The notes beneath the pieces are model-generated. The model was not told the DNA's origin and did not search any database. It was given only the letters and a program-made list of their open reading frames with translations. DNA of 63,730 bases, filler included, from Octopus bimaculoides (taxonomy: Eukaryota): the NCBI RefSeq assembly GCF_001194135.2. It is 4 parts of 4 records of this genome, joined end to end, with 100 filler letters (N's around TTAATTAATTAA, not from the genome) between each part and the next. Parts side by side here need not be neighbours in the genome. Positions count along the whole stretch, not along the records: positions 27,559 to 50,408 come from NC_068983.1; 3 more parts are not named here. The stretch is one strand, 5' to 3'. Shown here piece by piece: positions 27,630 through 40,963 of the stretch. Position 1 is the first letter of the stretch; every line of letters starts with the position of its first letter. The position numbers and the translations under genes are program-made.

Positions 27630-28020
27630 ACACACTAGCACTGACCACTTCCCAGCCCCACACCATCATCCACACACCTACACGTACACGCACATGTCAA
27701 GGTCACCAGCCCTCTTCCACACGCACATACATGCTCTCTTATACACATGCACGCGCACCTTCGTTTTGGGATCACCACGACTTTATCATCTCCTCTTCTT
27801 CCTAGTTCTCCTGTGTGAGCCCTGTGTCCGGCTTTCGCCATAATAGATCACTAGCCACTACACATTCTTTACTTTCTTTCCGTGTTCCTTTCTGTGGAAG
27901 AGCGTAGGCTCGAAACATTCAAGACTTTTTTACTTCCCGAGCGTTAAACTAGTACATCTGTTTGCTGTCTACACCACCTGTCTTCGTCTTTTTTTTTTTT
28001 TTTGTGAAGACTAGTTCATT
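27630..28020 (+). mobile_element. Penelope-like pLTR remnant with a variant hammerhead motif
   Basis: ctttctgtggaagagcgtaggctcgaaacattcaagac followed by ttcccgagcgttaaact..catctgtttg..caccacctgtcttcgtc. Confidence 0.55.
27888..27923 (+). ncRNA. Degenerate minimal hammerhead variant (core CUGUGGA-A)
   Basis: CTTT-CTGTGGA-A-GAGC-gtag-GCTC-GAAAC-ATT-CAAG. Stem II is a perfect 4 bp; A6 is replaced by U; stems III and I are partly mismatched. Confidence 0.4.
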
Positions 28021-29439
28021 CACACTCACATATATTTCGCACGTTTGTGCCTATAGACACTATATGTGTGTATATGTATCCATATATGTTTCCGCGTATA
28101 GATAGATACATACATACATACATACATACATAGACATGCAGGTATATGGTTTCAATGTGTCGCTTGTATATGTAAGGTTTGTAGTGTATAACTAAAATTT
28201 ATATACGTGTACATCTACTTGTTTCTCCATTCACTGGTGTATATATATTTTTGTATGTTTTTGTATGTATGTGAGTGCAGATGGAAATCATCTCAAGTTC
28301 CCAACGAATAAGAAACAACTCAATATTTTATTTATTAGAATTAAAATGTTTTTGTCAGTTTATTGTATTTATTTATGGTTGTTGCTGTCTCATTTGGTAT
28401 AGACAGAACATGTTTTGCTTGAATGCTTGAATCTGTCTACAGAAATGCATAAAGACGTGTTTCTGTGAACAGCGTGTGTATGTGAACACACGTGTGAAAA
28501 GTGCCCACAACACACACACACATACACACACACACCCTACACACACCCTCTATACACACATACCTCTACACACACACACAGACACACACACGCACACATA
28601 TACATTGATCTCCGCGCGTGTACGCACACATACATACATATATTAATGTGTGTTTTATGTAAAAATCATACATAAAATTAATCAAATAACTGAAAAAGTA
28701 GAGAATAAGAAATATTTTTACAAGGCAAAAGTTGGTAGTTATTTCGAAATTTCACTTCGTCTGGTTTTGTCAACGAAGAAAATTTGAAGTCATAGTTATA
28801 CACACAAACACACACATACATACACGCAAACACAGACATACACGCAAACACACAGATACACACAAACACACATGCACACACACACATACACACATACACA
28901 CACACACTCACATTCACACACACACACGTACAAACACACATACATACACTCTCTCCCTCTATCTCTCTTACATAAGATTTACAAACATAAGAAAATATAC
29001 TTAATAATTGTAGTTTATTTGTCCATATCGATAATTCACTCTGCTATTATCACAAGTTTCTCAGTACATAGCTATTTGTGAGCGCGCATGCGAGTATATG
29101 TGCAGTGATGTTTAAGTGTGTGTGTTCATGTATAATTTATTTTGCTTAAGTTCATGTAACATGCTCCTGACATCATGATTTTGTGTAGGGTAGATAATTC
29201 TGTATCAGCTACAGAGCTGAACATAAACTGTACATAAATGTAAACGATATTAAATACATTATTTTGTATATATCTCAGATTGTACTTTCCTTTGGAGTGA
29301 CCAAGAAATTGCGAATTCATAAAATTTAGACAAATTGAAGAATTAAGTTGTAATCGTTGTTTAGAAAGACTTAAATTGTGAGCCTTCTAAAGGACACAAG
29401 CGCCTGTTCGAGGCGTTTTTGTATTTTCATCCAGCGTTG

Positions 29440-30060
29440 AGTATCTAAATTTGGATGGTTCGACTACTTGTTGCTCTTGCATTGAAAAAGTGGAAGGTAA
29501 AGAGGTTGATATATAATTTGCCAAAAATTTACATAAGGCCTCTGATATACTGGCTTGTAGGGACTTTCAATGTTTCATTATATTGCAGTTCAATTGTCTC
29601 TTCAGATCTAAGCTATTCATCTTTCTGCCGTAACACTGCCACTCTAATGAGGAAGATATTATTATACGGTACAGGAGACGACACGAAGTTCGTCTAACTC
29701 CAGTTTTCCCCCCAGAATAGCTGAGATTTCTACTCACCAATATCTCGAGTTATCATCCTTCTGGGACTGTCAGAAAAGATTCTTGAGTCTCGCAAACAAC
29801 CAACGTTTCTAGGAATATCTCACATACGCTCCTGTTTACGGACACAAAAACCTTAGAACAAGAACTGCATTTCTCCTGAAGCTGCCTTGCGACAACGATC
29901 GTATCGACAGCAACTTGGTCGATGTGGAAGTCGTACTAAGACTGTGATCTTTTCTGGTGTTGATTAGACATGTGTTTTGAGCATGACTTTAGTCAGAATC
30001 TCTTCCCAGCAATGGACAAGTGTATTATGTCCCTACAGTTGGAGCGTCCTTCTGCTAAGA
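29440..30060 (+). mobile_element. Highly degenerate CR1/L2-type LINE RT fragment
   Basis: VEGKEVDI.FAK..K (cf. VDVIYLDFAKAFDKV) near 29490 and YGTGDDTKF (cf. FADDTKL) near 29670. Confidence 0.45.
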
Positions 30061-30499
30061 TAACTACGACTCTTCAAACTCCAAGGTTTTGATGTCAAGA
30101 TAATGGGTAACAAAAACATTCCAGATTTCTCCTTGACAGAAGGATCTAATAGTTTAGATTGGTTTAGTTGCTGATTGAAGTGTTCATCCCGTGCTTCATT
30201 ATTTTATTGAAATATGTGTCTCAACACTTTTCAGTTTCATACAACGATTAATGTAGCCGTACAGAGTCTTTGCTGCTTCATAATAATTGTGAACTCAACT
30301 ATTTATTAGTATCTCCTGGCGCTCCTGGCATATTTGATATGCATCATTGATTAGTCATTTGTTGGCCTCGTAAAGCGCTATGGCATTCAATTTTAAGTAG
30401 AAGTGATGAGTTACTCTACAAAGAAAATAGTTTCTCCTTCACGGGAGACAGGTTTCACCTTACCAAAGAGGGTTTCTTCTTCAAGAGAAACATACATCT

Positions 30500-31330
30500 C
30501 ACTTTTTTTAAATGCATTTTAATGTGTTTTTCTTAAAGCGAGAGGAGGTTTTCACAAAGATCTCCCGGTCCCATTCGAACTCTGTCTTGTCTGATCACCA
30601 CCCTCACAAATGAATGAATGCTACTGCTGGAGAAGGCCATCAGCGTAATTCACTTTTTCATTGTTGTTGCTACTCATCATCTTTGAATGTGTAGCTTATA
30701 TCTGATTGACTCCTAGAAAAGCAGATGAGGCGATTTTCTCCGACACCTCCAGAGTTGCCCTGATGCTGCCTCAGAAGCAGCAACTTCTTTGTTGTTGTCG
30801 TTGCTGCCGCTTTTTTCCTTTCAAGGTTTCTTGAGAAAAAAAGCCTTTGGATGGTTTTTACAGCTGTACTAGAAACAGTTGAATTTTCTGTCTTGGAAGG
30901 CTTAAGACTTTTTTCTTTGAGTACCAGCTACAAAGCGTTACTCTGGGAGTGTGTTGGGAATTAGTAGGGTCAAAAGGATTTGTATGTCACAGTGGCCCAC
31001 CTGAGCAGAAATCACCTAAAATGACAACTGCACAAACTACCTGCTGTCAAGAGTAACCTCGAGTCAAGTGTTGACATCGTCGTCGATATTCTTGATGGTG
31101 ATTCTCGTGTTTCTTATTCCCAACTATTGCAGGACCAGTTTATGGACAGGTGTGTCTCACACCACTTGAGCTTGTTTTCGCCTACCCTCAGATTTGAAAA
31201 CTATGCATAAGTATTATACATTTTCCTTCTCCCAATGAAGGATATTTCACTCCAGATATCCATGGTAGTTGTCTCCATTTGCTCCTAGAATGGCACAAAG
31301 GAAAGTTTTCATGACCTTGGCAAGACAGAG
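30500..31330 (-). mobile_element. Degenerate APE-type LINE fragment (RTE/RTE-X-like)
   Basis: Minus strand VVILGDF/AQVGH (GDFNAQVG with a frameshift) near 30990-31030, preceded by KHENHHQEYRR. Confidence 0.4.
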
Positions 31331-33542
31331 GTGTGTTATTTTCCATATTTCTTCTGTCTGAATAATAGATTCCTTCAGAGAAGCACCAGAAATATATCCA
31401 CGTAGTTGTCCTTTCTATGAAATGATTTACGTATAACTAGGATTCGTTTGGTTGAAAGTATGCTTACAAACGATGGGGTTCTGAACCAAATTCGAAACAG
31501 TGTTCGTATGCATGTACGAATGCTGTTACTCTTGTTCTTTTCAAACATATCTGTAATGCTGTTTTATACCGAAATGTCCTTATCTTTTTTAGTTTCTGCA
31601 ATTAGTAATATTTGTGTCCATTATAATACTTATTTTAACGGCTATTAAGGTGTGTGTGTGTTTGTGTGTGTGTGTGTTTGTGTGTTTGTGTTTGTGTGTG
31701 TGTTTGTGTGTTTGTGTGTATCTGTTTGTGTGTGTGTGTTTGTGTGTGTGTGTTTGTGTGTGTGTGTTTTGTGTGTGTGTGTGTGTGTCTGTCTGTCTGT
31801 CTGGTGGGGTGTTTTACACTTTTCAGTTGTGGTTCCAATGTTGATTTGAGTACTTTACTTTGTTGTCATACCCCAGTATGGCTTGACTCGCAAATAGTAC
31901 ATATAAAATATAAAATGAAGATTACTTCTTTCACTTGCGCTTGAAATGCATCCAGAATTATCAGAGCAAATATTAAGTGGAAAAATATAATATGATATAG
32001 TATAATATTATAACAGTAATGTAGCTAACGATATAATATAGCAAAATACAATAGCTATGATTCAGACCAATAAGTTTTCAATGAAACACAAGATCACAAA
32101 ATTTTGAGAGAGGGCTATAATTTATTAAATTGACTGCAATACTTGAATCGCACTTAATTAGCAATGCAGCCTATCCCCGGTGAACAGAGCTCAGAATATT
32201 CTCAGTCGGCTGCTCGTTACTGTACATATTGATTAAGACAGGAGTTAACAAGTCTGGAATATATAAATAGATTTCATAGGCAGATCATCTAGACTTACCT
32301 CTCTCTCACAATATTTCAGTTCCACTGATATAACTGGTAGCAGGCCATTCAAGTAAATTCTAATGTCTATCCCTCCAACCAAATAGTTCCAACGAATTCT
32401 AGTATGTTCATCTTTCTTCTAAGCAGTTCAGAAGAATGCCGACAAAAGATGCAATATACCTACTCAAAATTAAATATCATGCGTCCGAATTAATCCAGTA
32501 GTTACGTTTGTTGGATTTGTTTCGATGTCGTGCTTTGCAATTCGAACCAATGAACATATTTTACAGCCGCTTTTCTTAGTACGCTCGCCTTACTTCTAAC
32601 AACACAACCTTCATGTTTCGTATCAAAGGAGATACCCCATGTTGCTTTCATTTCATTATATTATCTCTTACAAAATCATCGGCGTTCTTATTATTTTACC
32701 CACATACTATTATCTGTATAAAAAGTCCTGATTAGTTCCGTATAACAAAATCTAAAATCCAGTCGCCGAGGGTTTTTTCGTTCTGGGACAGTTTTTAACT
32801 CATAAAAACCAAGACAGTTTGGAGATTTTACCTGTATTAAAAATAGGATATGTAAAGATAACTAACTGAAAACACAGACAACTTGTACAATCGGTTGATT
32901 ACAATTCACTAGGCATTAGAAGCATTATCGATGATCCCATTTCAGTATCTCACTAATACAAGTAATGTTTCTTGATACGAAGACATTCAGCTGTTTCGCC
33001 ACAATCAAAGCATAGACTTAGAGAGCCTTTACGACCAATTTGTTTTTTATATCTACGAAGATCGCCTTAAGTTCTATGGACATACTTTATTCATACCGAA
33101 AGGTAATTACCACACAGCATTGAAATTTCATAATTGTCTTGTAGGGAAGTTCCAGCTGTTTTGATACCATAGTTTTGGTGGTGGTGTAAGTATTCCTACT
33201 CAGTGATCTAAGACTATATATGAGGTATCCCTGGTTGGCATGTGGCCCCAGACCACGTGGTCTCTAAGCAACCAAATCAGGAATAGACTATACTTATAAT
33301 AGAGAGAATATAGTTAAGGACATAGACCTGATGCTCGACAGTCAGCAATAATAACAAAGTGCAAAGTAGTAATAACAACAATAATATAAATGATAAGAGT
33401 AAAGAAGTAAACTTGTATTTCTCAATGCTGAGAATTTTCAGACAAAAACTACATTACAATAAAATAAAGATATTGTATTAGAGATTATTCAATACATACA
33501 ATACATACATACAATTCAATACATGCATGCATACATACATAG

Positions 33543-33580
<38 letters not shown>

Positions 33581-35506
33581 ACACACACATACACATATGG
33601 CTTTTCAAGCACGTGTACATGGATGTGTTTAGTATGTGTGTGTGAACATACTAAATATTCAAAATATAGAAATTAATTTTACTTTTTAAGTTGAAATTTA
33701 GAAACTGAGGTGATCTCCAGTTGTCACTATAGGTGAACATTTCTTCTGAGACAGTTTCAACTCAGAAAATTAAGCCCGAAAAATCGAAGAGTTAAATCCC
33801 TTGTGAACAAAGTATTCTTGATAGCTCTGTATCTTTGTTGCACTTCAAACTCTAATAGCGATTTGAAGTGATTCACAATCTGCAAGAATTTTCTTCAGGT
33901 GATTTGGTGTGACGAACGAAAGCGAAGCATACCAAATACTAACAGCGATCCAGCATTCAAGCTGAAAACAGTTAAAACTTCACATGATGCAGATATTTGA
34001 TCGATTAATCGCTAGCACGTGTGCTCTCCTACCTCTAAAATTTTAAGTAATAGTTGCAAGAATCACCAACCTCCTACCTACAAATATAAGCCCTATATAA
34101 TGTACTGAGACAGTAACAGCAGCAAAAATCAACCAAAAAAAGTCAGTGTACCAGCAGCTCGGGGCTCGTTGTTGTACAATTTGAATAGTTTCATCCACTC
34201 TATGCAGAATAGATTAACTGAATTTTTTAACACATACTTTTGCCGTTTTCATTTGGCCTCGAAATGTTACGTTACACACAAATTTGTCAACAAAATACAA
34301 TCTTTTACCTGTAACATCGTAAGCTACTTTGTAGATTTACTTAATTTTGGATTACCGATATACTTCCAAGTTCCTTCATTCACAATGGTAATATCACTTC
34401 CAGTATCTAACTGCTTTTTACTCTTGTATTTTTAATTTTCACATTCACAAATTTCCTCTTCGTTATATTACCATTTTCTTTCGACATCTTGTTTGTTCTT
34501 TTTCCTTTGTTCCGTTTTGTCATCTTGGTTTTACAGTGCGCTTTTACGCGTCCAATTTTTCCATGACGGAAGCATACCGCTTTCTTAAATGCAAAACATG
34601 GGTTTGTTTCCTGACTTTTGTCCTGTTTGTATTGTATATTAGTACACACTTGATTTCTATTCTGCCTGTTTTGTATTTTCCAACGCACTTGTTTCACTTG
34701 AGGGCAATCTTTATGTTCAATTTTCTCTGTTTCGTGTCTTAAACTTACTATTCCTTTACACTATTCTGGCACTTGTTGTAAGGTTACAGCTTGGTTTTGT
34801 TCCAGCTTAGTGAGGATTCTTGTTCTTACTTCTGCGTCATTTTCTGAAGTTAGTCCCTGAGTAAATATCAAACACTTGAACATATCTGGCATTAATTCAT
34901 CCAGTTTAAACTTTTTACATTTCCTGTTAACTCTACCAGCATATGTGATGTAATCCTCTTCGTTGTTCTTTTCTAGGTTCAAACATTTCCAGCGTATATT
35001 GAACAACGAGCTTTTCTCGCTAAAAGTTTTACACAATATTGTATTTCTAATATGTATGTCAGAAGATTTTTTCGGGAGTACGTAATTGCTGTAACGCTCA
35101 TGTTCTGCTGCTGCCAGTTTTCCTAAGATTAAACGCGTTTTCATACCGTCGTCCCAATCTTCGCACACTTTATTGAAGATCTATTAACCACGAAGGTAAC
35201 TCCTTCGTCTGATTCATACTTAAATTCTGTTGCTGAGTTCGCAACATAATCTGGCAAGAACATCTTTTTAACATTTTTGACTTCATTAATTGCAGCATTT
35301 GTGGCTGTAATAGTAATTGCTATGCTGCTTCTGTTGTTGATCATGCAGTTGTAGCTGCTGGTGTTGTTCTTTCAATTGCTGTTGTTGCTGTTTTTGCAAC
35401 TCGAGCAAACCGACCAACAAATATTCCATAATTTTACGATTTGGTATACCGTAAAATTCGCACAAAAACTTTTGTGAGTTTCGTAACTCCTTGTAAGTTT
35501 GTTAAC

Positions 35507-35518
35507 TCCTCGTCGCCA
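35507..35518 (-). promoter_or_regulatory. Primer binding site TGGCGACGAGGA (tRNA-Ser GCU)
   Basis: Complementary to the 3' end ..UCCUCGUCGCCA of eukaryotic tRNA-Ser(GCU). tRNA-Ser priming is typical of Mag-clade elements. Confidence 0.85.
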
Positions 35519-35519
35519 T

Positions 35520-35732
35520 TGTTTCAGTCTTATGTCGGACTATTGTAACATTGTAACGCCCACTCCGGTATAGCAGTATAGTTAGTTAGACAAGTAAGAC
35601 CACGACTATCTATGATCGTCTACTTCGTACTCTTTCCCTATACTGACACTGGCTGACAGTATTTGTAATGACCATGACATACCACTCGTCACGTGAGAGG
35701 GGTGTTCTATTATTACTATTATCCCCATAACA
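35520..35732 (-). repeat. 5' LTR (213 bp, TGTT...AACA)
   Basis: Minus strand begins TGTTATGGGG and ends CTGAAACA, followed after 1 nt by the PBS. Confidence 0.85.
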
Positions 35733-37721
35733 GTTCGTTAGTTACAACTCTTTTTAAATCTCACCGAGATGTACTTTTCCTTTCACTCCTCTGGGTTCGA
35801 TAAAATAAACTAGCAGTGAAATAATGAGATAAATATTTGTGACTGATTTCTCCCCACAAAATTTTTATGCTAGAAATAATTGCTCTTGTAATATTTGCGT
35901 TTTGGGGTTTGGAGAACGTCTCTGGTAAGAAATCCAACGATTTCTTACAAACAGGGAACTTCGAAACATCAGAAGTCTATCTTGATATCTGAGAAAGAGG
36001 ATAGGTCTGTCTTTTAGGCAATATTTTACATTAGTCTCTGTTGTTTACAATATACTCGAGGGGCAGTGGAGTAGTAGCAAGAGTAAAAGGTATTGATAAG
36101 AAAGAAAGTAACACAGGATACGCCCTTTCAATACAAAACGTAGAAATAAACTTCGAATACAATAAAACGAATTTTAAAAATGATAAGCAGAATTTGGGAG
36201 AGAAAGCAAACAAACATTACTTATGAAACCCGCAGACACAGGCAGTCACAATCTAATAACCGAAAATACAAACTTACCAGGCATAACAACATTACCACCA
36301 CCATTACCTACAACAACATCACCAACAAAAACAATGGCAACAACAAAACACAGAGAACAGCGAAGTGTATGTCAGCTCTTTTTTCGCTAACGCCACCAGC
36401 AACAGACGTAACACATAAACTGACTCGATAAGAAAAAAATTCAAAACGAGTACATCGTTGTCAGAGCCTTTCTTTAATGAGTGAGTGAGTTGAAAAGTCA
36501 AACATATGTGCATCAACATGAGCAGACCAGTTATTTTATACCTGCAAGAGAACAATTAAAGGTAGTCGTGTGATGTCTTGTCTTCTCTATCATCGGGATA
36601 GGTTTTATGGGACAGCGTAAATAAAAAAAAAATTATCAAGAGCGAAGTAGCGAAGCAAGTCAAGCTGGTGTGTCATTTATTTGCGCTTATACTGTCTAAG
36701 ATGCGTAAGACAAGATCATGAGGCTGTTGTTGGTGTTGCAATGCAGAAGTGGTAACAGCTGTACGTGCTTTGGAACCATGGAATTAGTAAAAAATTATTT
36801 AGTAGAATCAGCAACAACAATAACAAGACTAAAGAAAGAGAGAAAAAAAACGAAAATACTAAATCTAGCAGTAACATGAGTAGGTACAAAAAGTTGCAAA
36901 TATCGAGAATGGAGTAAAATCTCACTTCGACCTCAATCTCAGAAGCCGACAATCAAAAAAGCAGAGGTCTACCCTACCAGTAGTACTAGCCCATTGCTTA
37001 GCGATAATGAAAAGGGGGAGAACAATGAAGAGATGTAACAAACTGACAGGGAGAGTAGTAAGAGGAAAGCTAAATTTTGCCAAAGATGGGCAAAGCATCT
37101 AAGGCGAAGTCCATCTCTTAATAACTCAATCGTTTTCATCAATGTTTTGTATAGAATCGAACGGCAATGCACGATTTGAATGAACAATAGGGAGAGACAA
37201 CGAAAGATACAGAGGATGAGCACTGATTATATGGAAAGTAGGCTGTTGCTCCAAACCACTTTTGAATGCTACGGTGGGCTGTATTTTAATGACAACAGAA
37301 TTTGAGGCCTTTCATTCTCTTTTGACTACTTGGTACCGTCTGTTCTGAAAGTACTCATTAGTAACTGTTATTAGTAAGCGGATGAAGCGTGACGGGAAAC
37401 GGGGAGATGATCCGAATAGTTGGTAGCTTTGGTCTGATCCTAGAGGTTGCATGTTTTCTTCGAATTATATCTTTTAATCAAATAACCTTCTTTAAATATA
37501 TTCAGTTAATTGACTTCTTTGTTCTTTTTATTTTCTGTTTTGTTTTTGTTTATTTTTTGTGGTAATTTAAAAAAAAGCAAAACGAGAATGTCTTAATATA
37601 TTGCACAATAGTTTTGTTCTCTTCGTTTATCGCGACGTATCATGGAGAAAAAATACACCTATGTGTACGGTTTAATTGTATGAAAGAAAGGTTCTTGATG
37701 GTAAATATAGAGAAAGCATCA

Positions 37722-37807
<86 letters not shown>

Positions 37808-38197
37808 GTTCAGTAGTTTTATTTTTATAACGTGCTTTCACTTCACTACCGAGCGCAGCTCTGTGCGCCTTGGGTATGTGCTGTGGTTTGCTGTNNNNNN
37901 NNNNNNNNNNNNNNNNNNNNNNNNNNNNNNNNNNNNNNNNNNNNNNNNNNNNNNNNNNNNNNNNNNNNNNNNNNNNNNNNNNNNNNNNNNNNNNNNNNNN
38001 NNNNNNNNNNNNNNNNNNNNNNNNNNNNNNNNNNTATTTGTCTGAATATTTTTTTATTATACCTAAGGCACCTACTATGATAGGAATTGTTTCTGTTTTT
38101 AGATTTCACATTCGAGTTATCTCTATTTCCAGGTCTTTGTATTTTGAAAGTTTTTCCATTTCTTTTAGAGAAACGTTGTCATCTGCTGGTATTGATA

Positions 38198-38274
<77 letters not shown>

Positions 38275-38640
38275 CATCCCCATCATTTTTATCATCATCA
38301 CCATCATTATCATCATTATCATTATCATGGTGCTCAAGATAATATTAGTATAATAATGTCCAGGATGATGAGAATGACGATGATTGTAATTGGCAAATAC
38401 AGATGTGGTGTCTATAGTTGTGAGAATGGTGCCGGTAGTATGGGTGGGAATGGCCGCGGTGGTGTGGTTAGTCGAAGTGTTTGTGGTAGTTACAATGTTG
38501 GTGTTGGAAGGGGTGTGGTAAGAGTCCGTGTTGCTTAGCAACTGGCTGCCAGGTAGTGAGTAAATCGATAGTAGATCAAAATTGGAGATTGGAGTAAAAC
38601 CTTAAATACTTCATCGGCCCATATGCAGAAAGTGAGAGGG

Positions 38641-38671
<31 letters not shown>

Positions 38672-38820
38672 TGTATGTATGTATTGTATTGTATGATGCT
38701 GTGTAAAAATGTATGCATATTTACACAATTGCATATTGATGCAATTGTGTGTGTGTAGGGGTATGTGTATTGTGGCATACGCATGTGTATACCGTGTCAA
38801 TAAAAATTCGAATATCTACT

Positions 38821-38871
<51 letters not shown>

Positions 38872-38926
38872 AGTATATATATGTTTGTGTGTGTGTATGT
38901 GTGTGTAATTATGTATTTATCTATCT

Positions 38927-39010
<84 letters not shown>

Positions 39011-39479
39011 GCGCGCGTGGACGCATACACACACGCGTACGCAAGCGCACACACAGACATTACAGTCATATGCATATACGTATAAGAGCATTCATGTGTG
39101 CGCATGCGTATGTTCATAAAGACAGGCAGCGAAGCAGATCAGACAGAGCATCGAATGTGTAATTAAGGGGACAGGGCCCAGTAATGACAAGGGAAAGGAA
39201 GAGGGAAACTGAATCTGCTTTGCTAATTAATAACTAAAAAGCAATATTGTTAATTACGGCACGTACAGCAATAACACCGGCACCCCCAACATCACTACTG
39301 CATTAACATTACCATCACGCCAACACCCCTATCTTACCAACACCACTACGATCACCACAACACTCTACCACAAACACAATTACCACCACAACACCTTCGC
39401 TACACCAACACCACTACCATCGCAACACCACCGCTACACCAACACCACCTGTACTACATCAACACCGCTACCCTACTAA

Positions 39480-39710
39480 CGCAATGAGTCAAGTGGAAGC
39501 CTACACGCGGGAGCTCGTCTTGCTAGAAATAGCAGCCACATCTTCCTCAAATTACTCTCTACAGTCTTTCTAGTGAGGGACACATTGCTTAATACAATCT
39601 TAGATAAACTGTGACTGAATAAAAGATGAGATGTTTAAAGCGGTAATGTTTTCAAATAGATGTTGCTCGATCAGAGCCGACCTGGGATTAAACAGCAGCA
39701 GCAGCAGCAC
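39480..39710 (+). mobile_element. SINE-like remnant with a (CAG/CAA)n tail; related pieces at about 3290-3420 and 39780-39935
   Basis: Shared motif ttgctagaaata..cca.atct..ctcaaat and tail gctcgatcagagccgacctgggattaaacagcagc. Confidence 0.4.
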
Positions 39711-40238
39711 AACTACCAGCACCACTACAAACATTAACATCAGCATTAACATCAGTACTACAAACACAAGCACGGCCTGCTATAAATAGCAACCAAATCG
39801 ACCTCAGATCATATACTTTACTATCTTCAAAACGAGGAAGAACACTCTGATAAATGTACATTCCCGAAATAAAATGGTGAGACGGTCACAGCCGGAATGC
39901 GTTTGGTCCATGAGAGCCGCCCTGGACCTAAACAATGGTACCATCAATATTATCATTACCAGCAATATCAATATTACTTTCTGTAGCAGTTTCAGCTGCA
40001 CCTACTCCTCCGACAATTTCAATCATCCCAGTTAGCTGTTTGTCTCACCATCACATAGCTAATAAAACAGTAATAACAACAACAATAGTACACATCTACC
40101 GTCCGCTTCACCTTTTCCATATCATTGTCATTATCAATATACTTTTTACATATTTTTGCAATCATATTATACAAAGGCTTATTGTAACACTCACTACCCT
40201 CCCCGTCCTTATTCCTCCCACATCCCACTCTATCACTC

Positions 40239-40308
<70 letters not shown>

Positions 40309-40593
40309 TATATAATATATATATTGTTATACTATTTTTTCAAAATAAACACACGCACTGTATATTCGTTCTTCAATAACTCATTATTGTTCTTATTTTA
40401 ACTCATGTCCATTCTCTGGAAATCTTTCGTCACACATCTGTGACCTCTTCAGCGACACATTCCATCCTCGTGTATGCTCCTGCACTGCCCCTGCACTACC
40501 GTCCTTGTGTATGCTCTTGCACTACCGTCCTTGAGTATGCTCCTGCTCTCTCTCTCACTTTTTTTTTCTCTCTCTCTGTTATTCATTTATTCC

Positions 40594-40963
40594 TTTACTT
40601 GTTTCAGTCACTTGACTGCAGCCATGCTGGAGCACCGCCTTTAGTCGAACAAATCAACCCAGGAAATTATTCTTTGTAAGCCTAATACTTATTCTATCGG
40701 TTTCTTTTGCCAAACCGCTAATTTTCGGGGACGCAAACACACCAACATCGGTTGTCAGGCGATGGTTGGGGTACAAACACAGAGACGCAAACATAGACAC
40801 ACACACACACACACGCACACGACGGGCTTCTTTCAGTTTCCGTCTACCAAATCCACTCACAAGGCAAGTAGAAGACACTTGTCCAAGGTGTCACACAGTA
40901 GGACTAAACTCGGAACCATGTGGTTGGTAAGCAAGCTGCTTACCACACACCCACTCCTGCGCC
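40594..40963 (-). mobile_element. Near full-length CORE-type tRNA SINE
   Basis: Reverse complement of the 62751-63141 family, from head (ggcgcaggagtgggtgtgtggtaagcagc) to tail (gactgaaacaagtaaa). Confidence 0.9.

Larger units (their letters stand above)
34165..35732 (-). mobile_element. 3'-truncated Gypsy/Ty3 Mag-clade LTR retrotransposon (5' LTR, PBS, gag, protease)
   Basis: The LTR, tRNA-Ser PBS, gag (LGKLAAAEHERYSNYVLPKK..LFNIRWKCLNL..YAGRVNRKC..FKCLIFTQGL..DAEVRTRILTKLE), degenerate CCHC (CFRHGKIGRVKAHC) and protease (QLDTGSDITIV..AYDVTGKRLYF) are collinear. No RT or integrase is present. Confidence 0.9.

Noticed and set aside
32975-33020. Minus-strand GAAACAGCTG palindrome resembling hammerhead stem III
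   Set aside because: No CUGANGA partner and no NUH triplet.
32170-33300. Probable old LINE debris (also 3590-5600, 10390-11030, 14480-15000, 21600-22240 and 45800-46420)
   Set aside because: Coding-like composition, but no motif could be read with enough confidence to assign a family.
39140-39240. Cluster of TAATTA/TAAT/TGACA sites suggesting an enhancer
   Set aside because: Short motifs are expected by chance in AT-rich DNA; cross-species conservation data would be needed.
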